Assembly (NCBI GenBank): GCA_013239625.1
Contig: MU054925.1
Coordinates: 1,186,829-1,250,828, forward strand
Reading direction: 5' to 3'
DNA length: 64,000 bases
Origin: Lama guanicoe
Lineage: Eukaryota
Shown: positions 1 to 12,300 of the stretch, piece after piece
Layout: each line of letters starts with the position of its first letter
Numbering within the stretch: the first letter of the stretch is position 1
The notes under the pieces: generated by a model
Seen by the model: the letters and a program-made list of their open reading frames with translations, nothing else
What the model was told of the DNA's origin: nothing
Database searches by the model: none
Made by a program: the position numbers and the translations under genes

Positions 1-469
1 TCTTGCCATCTCACCTCTCCCCTGGAACCTTGGGTGTTCCCTATGGTGCTATCAACTTGGAAAACTGGAAATGCCTGGGCTATCCACTGAGAAGGGGATG
101 CCTGAGTCAACATTGCCTGTGTGCTTCACACACACTGGGTGGCAGGAGGAATAACACAGATCTCTGGGAACCAACATGGATATATCTCCAAGGCATTCCA
201 GGGAGTCTTATTTTAAAGTTATAGAGTGACAGCAAAGCATCCAGAAAACACCTAAAATCAAATACCCAACTGCCTCCCACAATACTTTGAATGTCTATAG
301 GATCTTCATCTGTAGTGAAGCAGAGGTCTCAGAGGGCGCCCATCAAGCTGGTGACCTGGTACCCCTGGGCTGGAGTGCAGGCTCGAGGAACCATCTCACA
401 GGTAACCAGATGAAAATCAGAGGTGTGCACCAGTCCCACCAGAGCGATCTTTCTCAAGTATCCCGATAG

Positions 470-635
470 TTTCCATTGTTCTTAGGATAAAAATCTGCAC
501 TCCATGGCTGGCCTGTGAAACTCTGCAGATTTGGCTTGTCTGCCGCTGGCCCGACTCCTCGAAGCATATCCAACTCAGTCCTGCCTCAGGGCCTTTGCAC
601 TTGCCATTCTCTCTGCCTGGACTGCTCTTCCTTTG
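470..635 (+). mobile_element. L2 fragment
   Basis: CCTGCCTCAGGGCCTTTGCACTTGCCATTCTCTCTGCCTGGA is a typical L2 motif. Confidence 0.55.
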
Positions 636-1907
636 GATTTGAATGTTGGTTACAGGAATATGCCTTTACATTGCAATATGTCAGGAAAGCCTAAGACTCC
701 TTTCAGACCCACATAGCAACCTGTCAGCTGCCATAGGAAAGGTAGAGACAGGGTTTTTGAGGGGACTTTCAGTTTTGAGGGTCGTCATCAGAGCACAAAG
801 ATGGGGCAAAGCTGCTACTGAAGATTCAACAACTATTTTTGAGAGCTTGGGTCCCTAAAAAAGACCCTGAATTTAGAACATATTGTGTCTAGTTCAAAGA
901 AGGGCTAATACAAAAAGCACAGACCTGCCACCCTAATTTTCATGCCCAGAGAAATACTGGAGAAAAAGGAATGACGTCAGCTTGCAAACAGCTTGATGGG
1001 AAGCCCAGCTCAGTTTTGTACAGATGTAGGCTTATCAGATGTGGTATTCTGCTCGCTTGAAAGACAGGAGAGACCAGAGAAGTTCCCTCTGTACCAAGGT
1101 GGGCTGCAGGCCCTGACCCAAGGCTTACTCAGAATGAAGTGGGCTCAATCCCAACTGGGAGCTATAGACCAAATCCCATGATGTGGTGTGTGGCCAGTGG
1201 GCTCAGGGCTTGGTTATTGAACCCCCTAGCTTGTCTATCCTATTGAAACACAAGTTGCAAGAGGACAGGGAGGGCCTGGTATGCAGCAAGAACTCAATAA
1301 AGACCTGTTGTAGAAGTCTAGACCTTAGAGAAGCCTCGAGTGGTAAAGAAAGTAAGCAAAAGCAGGTATGCAAAGTCCCTGGGCATCTAGAGGCAGCCTG
1401 TGTGCTTGTGGGTCCTTTACTGTGGATGCTGGACACAGAGGACAAGTGCACGGAAACATGGAGGCCCATGGAATGGAAAGTGGAAGGGAGCACCATGAGG
1501 AGCTTGCAGATGGCACCCTTGAGTGATATCCTAGAAAAAGGATTTTTACTTTTTGCCTTGAGCAGCTTGGGTTCTAAAGGTTTGTCCACATGAGATGGTC
1601 ACTGAGACTATTAGCTCCCTGAGGGTGGGTACTATACCTGCCAATCTCCTGGCAGAGCCCTCATGTTACTGAGGCTTCTAAGGTGGCCAGGCCGATGGGC
1701 TCTGAGAGTAGAGTTGGCAGGAGGGACCAGCAAAGAGCTTAGTTTGTCAAAATCAACCACAGGCTGAACCTCACAGAGTCCTGTGCCCCTCACACTCCCA
1801 CAGCCCTTCCTCAGTCCAACCTACACTGGGGCAGCCAGACAACTCTAACTCCATAAAGAGACTGGAGGACCCAAAGAAAGACAGGGAAGAGTAAGACTGA
1901 GGAATTA

Positions 1908-2032
1908 GTGGGGTGGGGGGTATAGCTCAGTGGTGGAGTGCGTCTGGCATGCACAAGATTCTGGATTCAACTACCAGTGCCTCCATTAAGGAGAAAAATT
2001 AAAATAAATATATGCTAAAAAAAAAGAAAAAA
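1908..2032 (+). mobile_element. tRNA-derived SINE, camelid Vic-1-like
   Basis: GGGGTATAGCTCAGTGGT A-box head, B-box-like GATTCAA, A-rich tail, TSD TGAGGAATTA (1898-1907 / 2033-2042). Confidence 0.85.
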
Positions 2033-2556
2033 TGAGGAATTACAGGTACAAGAATGAAAGGAAACTGGCCTATATGCATTCACTCCCCCTGTGACGTTGA
2101 CCAAGTACTACATGCAGGGAAAGCACTATGTGTGTAAGGAAGTCAGTGGTGAGGGACGCAGATTAGGATGTGGCTTCCAGTCTACGGGTGGCTGGGCGTG
2201 TATGCAGTGGGTGGACCATGCTCCAGCCAGACTCTAGAGCACCTCTGTGGCCCCTGGCTCCTGACACAGCATCTGAATAAGAAGCTACCTATGCAGAGGA
2301 CAGTGAGCTTATTTCTGCTGAGGAGACTAGGGAAGGCTCGGCAGGGCAGCTAACTCTTCAGTATGGAGAAGAGCACAGGCACAGAAAGGAATAGGAGCAG
2401 GAAGGCAAGGAAGGGGTGCTCTGCTGTGTCTGACAGTGTGATGTGGCTAAAGGCTGAAGATCCACCGCAGCCCACAAGGAGGCTCCACAAGTGCCTCAGG
2501 CACAGTGCAAAGGGTCCCCAGAAGTGTTCTGGCAAGGGAGCGGCACGATGCCCAGA

Positions 2557-2631
2557 GCTGAACAGATAGGAGGGGTGGAAGCATGGATCAGCTCAGGGCT
2601 GAACAGATAGGAGGGGTGGAAGCATGGATCA
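2557..2631. repeat. Perfect 34-bp direct repeat (two copies, 7-bp spacer)
   Basis: GCTGAACAGATAGGAGGGGTGGAAGCATGGATCA at 2557-2590 and 2598-2631. Confidence 0.95.
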
Positions 2632-3319
2632 CAAGCCTCATGTGGAGGCACTAGCAAGGGAAAGGGTCAGGAAGGAACCACCGAAGTTAGGTGGGCAGGC
2701 TCTAACAACTGACTGGATGTGGGGAAGAAGGAGCATAATGATTTTCCAACCTTGAAAAATGGCTCAAATGAAAATGGCTGGACCACTGAGCTGTGTGTTT
2801 TCTGTCTAGACCATCAGCTGGGCAGCTAAGCAGGAGATAGCCCTGAGGATGCTCTCAGCCTGTTTCTGTGAAACACTCAGGAAAAGGAATGGGTGGCTAC
2901 ACCAGGCAGGGACACCCGTCCCTCAGCCTCTTGGCTCCCTCTGCTGGCAGCTTTAATGCGCACATTACTGGGACCAGAAGCAAGTTATTCTGCTGGTTTC
3001 ATGTTTGAGAATCTGGGGCAGACAGATGTATTAGGTGAGCCATTCCATAAACAAATGCCCTGGCACAGAGAATGCTCCTGCCCTTTCTCTGACCATTCTT
3101 AGTTCCTTTCTGGCCTACCCTGGCCTCCCCTTGTCAGAGTCCAGACTTTACCTCAAAGCTGCTTTCCAGCTAAATCTTGGTTGTCTCCCACTATAAGAGG
3201 TCCATAGCCTCCAGGCCCATATGGGCCACCCCCACTCCACAAAGCCAAGATGAGTGAAGACCCTTACCGGGGAGCTCCTCCAGCTTATGGCCCCTGCATA
3301 CCCCAGATATTCAACAAAC

Positions 3320-6300
3320 CTCTCAAAAACCAGGCGGTTGACAGTCTCACTGTCTACTGGCGGCAGGTTCAGGGTTTCCTGCAGCACCGTTAGCTTTTTT
3401 TTCAGGCTCTTGGGGAAGGAAAGAGAAAAGTGTGAAAGAGAGGCTGAGACATCAAGTCCAGAACAACTCCTAAGGACATAGCAACATATGCACAAGGGGC
3501 AAGCCCACTGGTAACAGAACAAGGCCTGAAACCCAAATATCAGGCTCAGGAGGCCAGGACTACTGGATCTCAGAACCCCTCTCTGAGCCCCTCCTCTGGT
3601 AACCTCAAGGATGTAGGCATAAGACAAACTGTGAGGAAGACCCAGGCTCCAGACCAAGGGCCAAGGTACATGTCCTGACCCAGGAGGATTCAGGGAGCCC
3701 AGAGGCACCAGTGCTGACTAGTGCGAGGTCCCCGGGCAGAGCTACCCCAGACCTGCTCTTAGAGAGCACACAAGTCACCCCTCATTCCCACCTGGCCAGG
3801 GATGTCCCTCACCACAATTTCCTTGTCAGCGCTCTGTAAGTCCTTCTGGGCCGACTTTAGCTCCAACTTGGCCTGGTCCAGTTCAGAGCAGACTGTCTGC
3901 AACTACACGAGAAGTATAAGGAGTAAAGGACAAACCAAGGGGTGGCCATGTGCCCTGCCCCAACCTGCCGCTACACAAACTCATGGAAGCCTGGAGCCCA
4001 GAAGAGTTTGGGCACATGGTGGGAGACCTGAGCTCTATGGGGCTGGACCATAGTCCGGCAATGTCCATCTGGAGCTGCCCAGGAGCAAGGGCTGCTTCCC
4101 ATACCCTGCAGCTTGTGGATGCACCATGCCCAGAAATAAAAGCAGCTGTGCTGACTGAACCAAGTTCCAAGAGGCCTCCTACTCTGGGCCTGGTACAAAA
4201 ACAGACTCCTGCAGCTGTCACTTGTGGGACCTGTGTGCTCCAGTCAGCTGAGAGGTACCCAGGGGCCAGGAAGAGCATAAGTGTGCAGGTGGTGGGGGGA
4301 TACTTGCATGATCTGCCACCCTAAGAGGACAAGCCACGTGGCCAGAGTTGATGCCCAGTAAGGACCAGAAACCAGTCTCTGTGAGTCATCCAACAGCCAG
4401 TCACATGAAGCCAGCTGCACCATCAGGCCCCATGACCTTGCTTAGGAGACATGAATGAGCAAGACAAAAGGACAGCCACCTCACCCCTCACCTTCTGCTC
4501 CCCACTAAGTTACCTTGTTTCTGGAAGAAAACAAGTCCTTCTTCAGCTTGTCAGTTAGCTCTCCTGAAGCCTTCCTTGCCTCTTTTAGATTCTCATACTC
4601 TCTATAAAGGGGCCATGGAAAGAGATGTCAGCACCAGATACCTGCTGCTCAGACTGAGCCATAGCACCACCCAAACACAAAGCTAGATCCGACCCTCAGC
4701 ATTTCTCATTCCTACTCTGACACCTGAGCCCAACAGGGACCAAGTGGTGCTGTGGAGGGTCCTGTACCCAATGCAAAGAAAGTTGATGAGTCTCTGCACC
4801 CTGCCTGTCTTGTAGGCACTGGTGATTTAAAAGGGTGTACAGGGTGGAGGAGGATAAAAGCTCAATGGTAGAGCGCATGCTTAGCATGCATGAGGTCCTC
4901 AGTGCAATCCCCAGTACCGTTATTAAAAAAGGGAGTGTACAGGAAGCCCCAGCCTCACTAGGAGGCCTTCTACACCACCTGCCCCTACAGGAGGCATCTG
5001 GGATCCTCCATGCCTGTCAGGCAAGTGACCCCTCTTCCCCAACTTCACACTCATGGTAATGGAGCATCTGAGCTAAGTTTCTGATATAAACCAGGCAGGG
5101 TCAGTAACAGTCCTGATGGGAAACAGGCTCTGGATATCACAATGGAGCTTATAGCTCAGAGAGCTGTGCCAACCTCCTTAGAAGTAACACTTATAATTCA
5201 CACTTAATTCTTTCAATAATCCTGTGAGGCAAGTTATTATTATCTCTATTCGGGAAGCTGAGGATCAGAGAGGTTAAGAAACTTGCTCCTGGCCACATGG
5301 TGAGAGGTGGGGTGAGAGTTCAAACTGAGACAGATTGGCTCTAGAGTCTGCCCCTTAACTCCACCTGCTCTGCTTTACAAGCGATGGGCAACAGATGGAG
5401 AGGCATGGCTGGGTTGCCATGACTTAGCTCCTGGATTTGGACAGAGGGACCAGAATACACACTTCTTGAGGGATACGCAGTACACAGCCAGTTGCTCCAC
5501 TGCTGACTGTCCCACACCCATGTCTCGGATCATCTCCTCCACCTCGGGCCGCTGGCTCTGGAGTAGGAGCTCAATCCTGAAAAACACCCAGCCCACGGCA
5601 TTTAAAATCTGGAGGCTGATGGGTAGATACCTAGTGCAGCTCTGCCTCCCTTTGCTGCCGTTGCTATGGTGACAGCCTGAGCTGCTAGGATGCGTTAGCA
5701 GGCAGGTCTGCCCAAAGAAAAGCCCCACAGCAGAGCTAGGCACAGCTGCAGAGATGCTGCTGGAGAAGAAGGGGTGCTGACAGAGGACCTCAAGGTCAGG
5801 GATCCCCAGAGAGAGGTTCATGGAACAGAAGCCCTGTCAGGTTGTCTGGCCACAGGCAACAGGCATAGGGAGGAGTGTGGCAAGAGGCCCCACAGAAAGT
5901 AGAGAAGCCCACAGAGGCTGAGCAAGGAGACCTGTGCCCATACCCAGCCGGCCTGCGCTTCCCACGGCCTATGGAGATTTGAGCCACAGAGATAGGCCAA
6001 CCCCTGCTGCTCCTGAGAGCTGTGCCCCTGCGGGCTGGAAGCACAAAGGTATAGGTGGGCCCCAGCTCCAAGCTCACCGCTCCATAGTCTTCATCTTGCT
6101 CCGGAGTCGGCGGGCCTCCTCCCGTGCTTGTTTGGTCTCATCCTGCTGTTGCTCCAAGTACTTCATCTGCTTCTGAAGGGCAGATGAAGGCACCTCTACA
6201 TACCTGTTGCTTGGAGGCTCCCAGGGGCCAAGGCTAAAGTCACTGCGAGAACCTACCAAGAACTGTCTGCTTTTGAAAGTGCTGATAAGCATGTGTTTCA

Positions 6301-9300
6301 ACAACCCAGAAGTAAGGCTCCTGGGCCCGACTCTGGATTGTGCTTTTTCTTCTAAGAGGCCCCAAGCCAACTGCTTCCTCACCTCTCTGCTTGCTTCCTC
6401 CTGAGACAGGTCTTGCCATAGGCATAGCCCACTGCCAGCATCGACAAGCCTGCTGGGGGTTGCCTGGATCATGTGGCCCATGCCTCATGGTACATGCTAT
6501 GCAGGAAGCTGAAGAAGCCTGAAGCACAAATCCGGGCTGCACTATCCATCTAGGGTCATGGATGGTTGCCAAGATAGGAAAGCTGAGCCTGAGGCAGCTG
6601 GCTAGGCTGCCCTCAGCACCTGGCCACTCCATCTCTGACCCGGGAATGCCATCAGACTCCTGCTCTGCAGCCAGGAGCTAGTTCACTCCTTCCCTCCCAC
6701 CGGCCAGGACACGTGATCCAGCCCAGCCACCAAGCAGGAATAGAAACAATGAGCACCCTGGGGCCCTGTCTGATCACACGGATGGCTCCCTTTCCCTTTC
6801 GAATGGCATCCAGCAAGACTGCTCCTTCCTACGAGGCCAGAATATCAATCATGAATTCAGATCAATCACCTCATGCCCCTTGGAGAGAAAGAGGCTCACC
6901 AACCCAGGCTGATACAAAATTCATCTGGGTCTAGAGCCGCTTGCTCTGCAGGCTTTGATCTGTCCAGTCAGCTCAGCACAGCCGACTTCAAAGGCCCCCT
7001 GCTCCTCCCTGGGATGCTGTTTCATCTGGCTCCAGAGAGCAGCCCAGCCAGACTAGTGTGCTAATGGAAGGTTCTTCAGGCTGGCTTTGTCAGCGGAGTA
7101 CAAACCACTTTTGGAAACACGGTTCAGTCTCACTGAGGTCTTGGCTGAGCAGCCCCTCCAAGGACTGGGAAGGGCTTGCCTCCCCAGACTACCAAGTACA
7201 AAATCCATAAGCGTAGCCAATATGACACTTTTCTTATGGGCTGGATGGGCACAGTATGGGAGGCCTGGGAAGATGGGATTTGCCTCCATTTTACAACTGA
7301 ACACACCAAGGTATTAGCCAAGAACCAAATGATACGTCCAGTAGAGTAATGAGCCCAGGACTTCAGACTATACCTCCCCACCAATCTTCGCCCCCAAGAC
7401 CCGGGGACCCACCTTGAGGGTGGAGCACAGCATCTCGGCCTTGTCTAAGGCCTTCTGCAGGGACTCCACAGTGGCGTTGCGCTCTTCCAGCGTGTCCCGC
7501 AGAGTGTCAATGATGACCTGGCTGTCTCGTTTTTCCTTCTCTGGAGCAGGGGTGAAGATGGAGGGAGAGGAGAGGCCCCTTCACCCATCCATATGAGAAC
7601 CTGGACCCTTGGGCTCCAGCACCCACCCCAGAGCCCATGAGGAACAAGTCTCAGAGCAAAGGGTTGGATGGCCCACTTCTCTTGCTGGCAGGCACCAAAC
7701 CAGGGAATCCCAGCCAGAGTTTCTTCATTCCCAGGATGAGACCCTCTTTGTGCTGCTTGAAACTACCTGAATAAAGACTTCACTAATCCCTGTTCCTGTG
7801 GCTTTAGTTAATTCCTCATCCCAGAACTCAAGGAGATTCCTGCCAAACTTGGCAGCTGAACCCTCTTTTACAAATACTCTGTCCTACCAGGTAGCCCCCT
7901 CCTACCCTGGGTCCTAGGCAAGAAGTCTCAGACAGAGAAGAGGCTCATCTGGTCCAGGTGGACAGCTTTAGTCACCTCCCTTTCCTCTCCTTTTCTGCCA
8001 ATCACAAGAGCTGATAAGACTCTTGGACAGACAAAGCAGGGAGAACCCCTGGCTCTGCCAGGAGGGAGGACTTCCTCCCAGGGTCTCTCCCTCCAGCACC
8101 CAAGTCAGGGGCTTCCCAGGGCCCCTTGGGAACTCACCTTTCTGGGAAAGCAGGGCTCTAGTATTATCCAGTTCATTCTGAAAAGCAAGATCCACAATAA
8201 GCAGCAAAAAAGCAACAGAGCTGGCTTCCACTCGGCCTCCCATAAGGCTTGTGGGGAGACCCGGGAGGTGACAATGGGGCCTATAGATCCAGAGAAGCAT
8301 CTCAAGGACCCTGCTGCATCTCAAGGACAAGCTAAGTCAACAATGGAGAGAGAAGCCTTGCTTTATCTCTTTGTGCCTTTTTAAAAAGTAGAAAAGATGA
8401 ATGGAAATAATCTCAGGTATAAGACCCCAGGGCAGGAAAAGAGGCACAACAGGGCAAAGTAAGTGGATCTGGACCTGTGTGGTCAGTCTCATGGCAGAGG
8501 CTTCCATTGGTTCCCTGGGCCTTTGCTGGCCCTCACCCTCTCTGGCATTAGCTGCTCTCACTGGGGACACAGAGCTGGGATGGCCAACCACTCCTTGTCT
8601 CCACCCTGGGTTCTGCCTGCTTCATGTTCTAACCATTTCCAAGCTCTAAGCTGGTTCTGTGTACCATGAATCTTCCAGGCCCATTACGGTAGGTGAGCCA
8701 GGACAACTCTGCCCCACTGAGTGAAATGTCACATGTGCTAGACTGTGAGGGTTAAATGAACCTCTCAAAGTTCATGCATGTTCCAAATCCACTGCTGCAG
8801 AACCACTGAGAGGCTGGAGCAGAACTGAGCTGAGCTCCCATCCAGGAGTTCCACGCACTCAACATCCCTATGGGCAAGAGAGGTGTCTACTCCATAAGCA
8901 GGAAAACCAGACTTGGCAGACCCGAAAGGTTTGGCCAAGGGTCCAGGGTGGTAGCTGGATGCAATCCAGACAAATCCTCCTCCAGATCACCCTTCCTAGG
9001 TCAACACAAGATACAGAATATCACATGTGACCAATAATAAGGCCCAGCCCAAGTGGGCAGATAAGCCCCTGCTGTCAAACTCTCCACCCAGGACTCTGGG
9101 GCAGGAGCTGTTGGTGGCTGAGCTGGTCAGCGTAGGCTGGACATCTGGGGTGGAAGTGGTGGATAGAGAAGGGCATGCATGGGCTGCCTGAGAGTGGCTG
9201 TCAGTCCAAAGCTACTGCTAGCTCTCTGGCTCCTTCCACATCTAAGCAGGGTGCCTTCCAAGCTCTTGCTCCAAACTACTTAAGATTTTGCCTCCCTGTC

Positions 9301-12300
9301 TCCTAGAATTGGCTTTGAAAGCCGGAAAGAAATGAAGCTGCTTTTGTTGCCTTTATCACAGGGAGGACACAGCTTAAAACTGGGAGCAGTTACCATGACG
9401 ATGAACATGTTGGCTTTAAGCACAAAAGCTCCACATTCTTGAAGCTGTGAGGTTCCAAGGACATCACGGCACCCTGGGGCTGGGGCCAAATGAATCCTGA
9501 TCTGACAGATGCCCAGCAAATTCCCAGCAAATTAACCCTCAGAGTCCAGGTTCACTTGCAAACCTCAATCCCACTTCCTTGAGAGGTTTCTGCCAATACA
9601 ACCCCTTTGTGCACAAAGAAAGCTAAATCTTAGACTTGGAGGGGAAGCAGCAGAAGTGTAGGAGGGAATCCACCCATCCTCCCCTGCAGTGTGGGTTTCT
9701 ATCCTGGCTGCACATCTTGATTCCAGGGGCTCTGCCCTCCATTCTTGGTCTGGAAAGACTCAGGACCCTGGGTATATACCAAGCTCCCCAGGCAGTTTTG
9801 AGGCACAGGCAGGTTTGTGAAGTGGGTCTACACATCTTCTCTGGCTGAGGACTGGAAGCGTTTTCTGATCTGTCTCTAACTGTCCAAGCAGCAAAGTGGG
9901 CTGAGAAGGATAGCTGTAGATCTGACTTGTGGTCAGAGTTGCTCTGAAATCCCCAGGGAAGTGCTCACAACCAAGTAGCTCCCTTCCTTCCTACAGCCTA
10001 TTTCTCCAATGACTGTATCACCATCAGTTGCCCTCTGCTCTCATTGCCTCTGCCTTTAAATCTCTACCAAGTCTCCCCTCTAGATCTCCATCTCCATACT
10101 CCAGCTACCCTCCCTTGGTAGGAGCAGAAACTGAACTCTCAGAGGGCTTGGGGCTCAGTAGAATGAGACAAATTCTGGATACCTTTAAGAATTCTGCATC
10201 TAAGACACTCTCCTCCTCTTGGGCAAGGTCAAAGAAGAGCTTATTGATAATGGTTCTTTTGCCGACCTGGATGGGAGAACAAGATATAGCATGACTGCAC
10301 AGCTGGGTCATGGGCAAGGAGGACAGGGATACACAAGTAGCCTAACATGCACCTAAGCCTGTTCTCAGGCCTAACCTTTCATAGCACATCCCGTGGAGTC
10401 AGACAATCTCTGCAACGCTGTAGATATCCCAAGCTGGTGCCACTAGCTTGGTGGTTACTGAAGTCATGTCACTGCAGACCACCCATGTGGTAACTGCTCA
10501 AAAGATACCCCAACTCTAGGTGTTAGGCATTGAGAAAATGGGGAAAGGCAGGGAAGGAAGCCAAATCTACTCGGATGAGGACTGGTCCAGGCAACAAGTC
10601 CATCTGTCAGCTACCCCTGGGCATAGGCAGACCTCCCAAGCCAGTCGAAAGCACAAGTAAGGCTCAATCAGCCTCAAACCATGAGGGTCCAAATAGGTCA
10701 AAGATACTCCTTAGCTTGAGAGATCTTTCCTCTTTCCTGCTCCCTGGCAAGGAGATGTCGTTAGCTGAGGTTTTTTTCACCCCACCACCCTCACCTGGAT
10801 TCGGCACTGTGGGCAGGTCCGACTTGGTGCTGTCTCAAACCACTGAATTAGGCTGGAAGAGAAGCAGAAAAACAGACTGGTGAGCCCTGGCTTGGGGGGA
10901 GACACAAAGACCAGGTAGCCACCCTCACCATAATGGCATCTGTCCTGTTTCTCCTCCACCCAATGCCTGCCCACAAGGAGGGCAGCGCCACAGGCAGTGA
11001 TAGTACATCCCACAAGCCTGGCTGGTAGAAACACTCCAACCAGCTGGCCCTTCTTTTGGCCCTGTTGGCTTGGCCTTCCCTACCTCTGAGCTGAAATTCT
11101 GTCAACCTTCTAGGCTTTGACTGGGGGGTGGGGGGACAACACTCAAAGCCAGGGTCACTTAGAGATGGGGATTATAATAATATCCTCATTTAAGCTGGGA
11201 CTCCAAAGGGCTATACTTTCAAAGTAAGGGTAAACTAGAGGTAAAAGCAAGTAGCAGTAAAAGCAAAACACAGCTCAGCTATGCACCATCTATGTGCCTT
11301 AAACTTTAATTAGTCTCCCACTAAGAGATTCTCCTACCCCTAGGACCAAGGAGGAACAGTCCTTTCAGGAAGATGATACTATCATCTTAGGTCTCAATTT
11401 TTTTAATAAACAATTTTTCGAATACTATATACAACATATAATCAGAGTTAACCATGAATAATGGAATATCACACAGCAATGAGACAAACGAGTCTACAAC
11501 TAAGAACAAAATTATGGATGAATTACATAAATATAACATAGAGGAGGAGAAGCCAGATACAAAAAAAGCTATATTGTGCATAACTCCACTTACATAAAGT
11601 AAAGTAGGCAAGACTCATCTATGTTGCTGGAAGTCAAAACAGTAGTTATTCTTATGTGTGGGGGAAAGGTGGGCTGAGGGGTGGGTGTAACTGGAAGAGG
11701 GCATGAGTGTTACTGACCTGGGTTCCTGAACTCTTTAATCAATAGAAATTGGTAAGAGGCTGGATGAGAAATTCAGGCAAGACCTTATTGGGACTCGAGC
11801 TGCAGCACAGGAAGCAAAAACAAGCAACAGGAGCACTTAAATGGGGTGAGGATAAAGGTGGATGGGTGCACTGGACTGGAGGGGTGGCTTAGGGGGTCTG
11901 CCCACTCCTTTGGTGGTACTGGGTGCAGGGATCATGCCTAGTACCTTGATTTTGCTCCCAACATCTCAGAAGTGGCAGTTGAGCCGTTTTATATTTTATT
12001 GTTCATAATTTGCCCCAACTGCACATGTGTGCAGTTATTTTTAGTCCCTTATAACGTCTTTGTATTCTGTTGCTCCAGGAAGATGTTTATCCAGGTGCAA
12101 GTGTAAACACTCTGGTAGTGTCCCAGGTCCCAGTCTCTCACTAAGAGGTTTCTGAAGTGCTAATATCTAGTTTCTTGATCTGAATTCTGGTTGCACGAGT
12201 ATGTTCAGTTTGTGAAAATTCTGCAAGCCATACACTTATTCTTTGTGTACTATTATGTAATATATCATATTCCAATAAAACGTTTTGGTTTTTTAAAAAA

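Noticed and set aside
972-979. Palindromic CRE TGACGTCA
   Set aside because: Single 8-mer deep in an intron with no supporting context.
1915-1985. tRNA-like sequence (also at 4850, 45220 and 63980)
   Set aside because: SINE heads with A-rich tails and TSDs; no intact cloverleaf.
2557-2631. Repeat-spacer-repeat resembling CRISPR
   Set aside because: Only two copies with a 7-bp spacer, in a mammalian intron, with no cas genes.
1-3319. Further TRAIP exons (11 onward)
   Set aside because: No segment with matching peptide and splice sites was recognised; treated as intron 10.
3409-3411. AAG acceptors (TRAIP exon 10, CAMKV 20195-20197, MST1R 51473-51475)
   Set aside because: Uncommon but canonical AG acceptors; frames are preserved.
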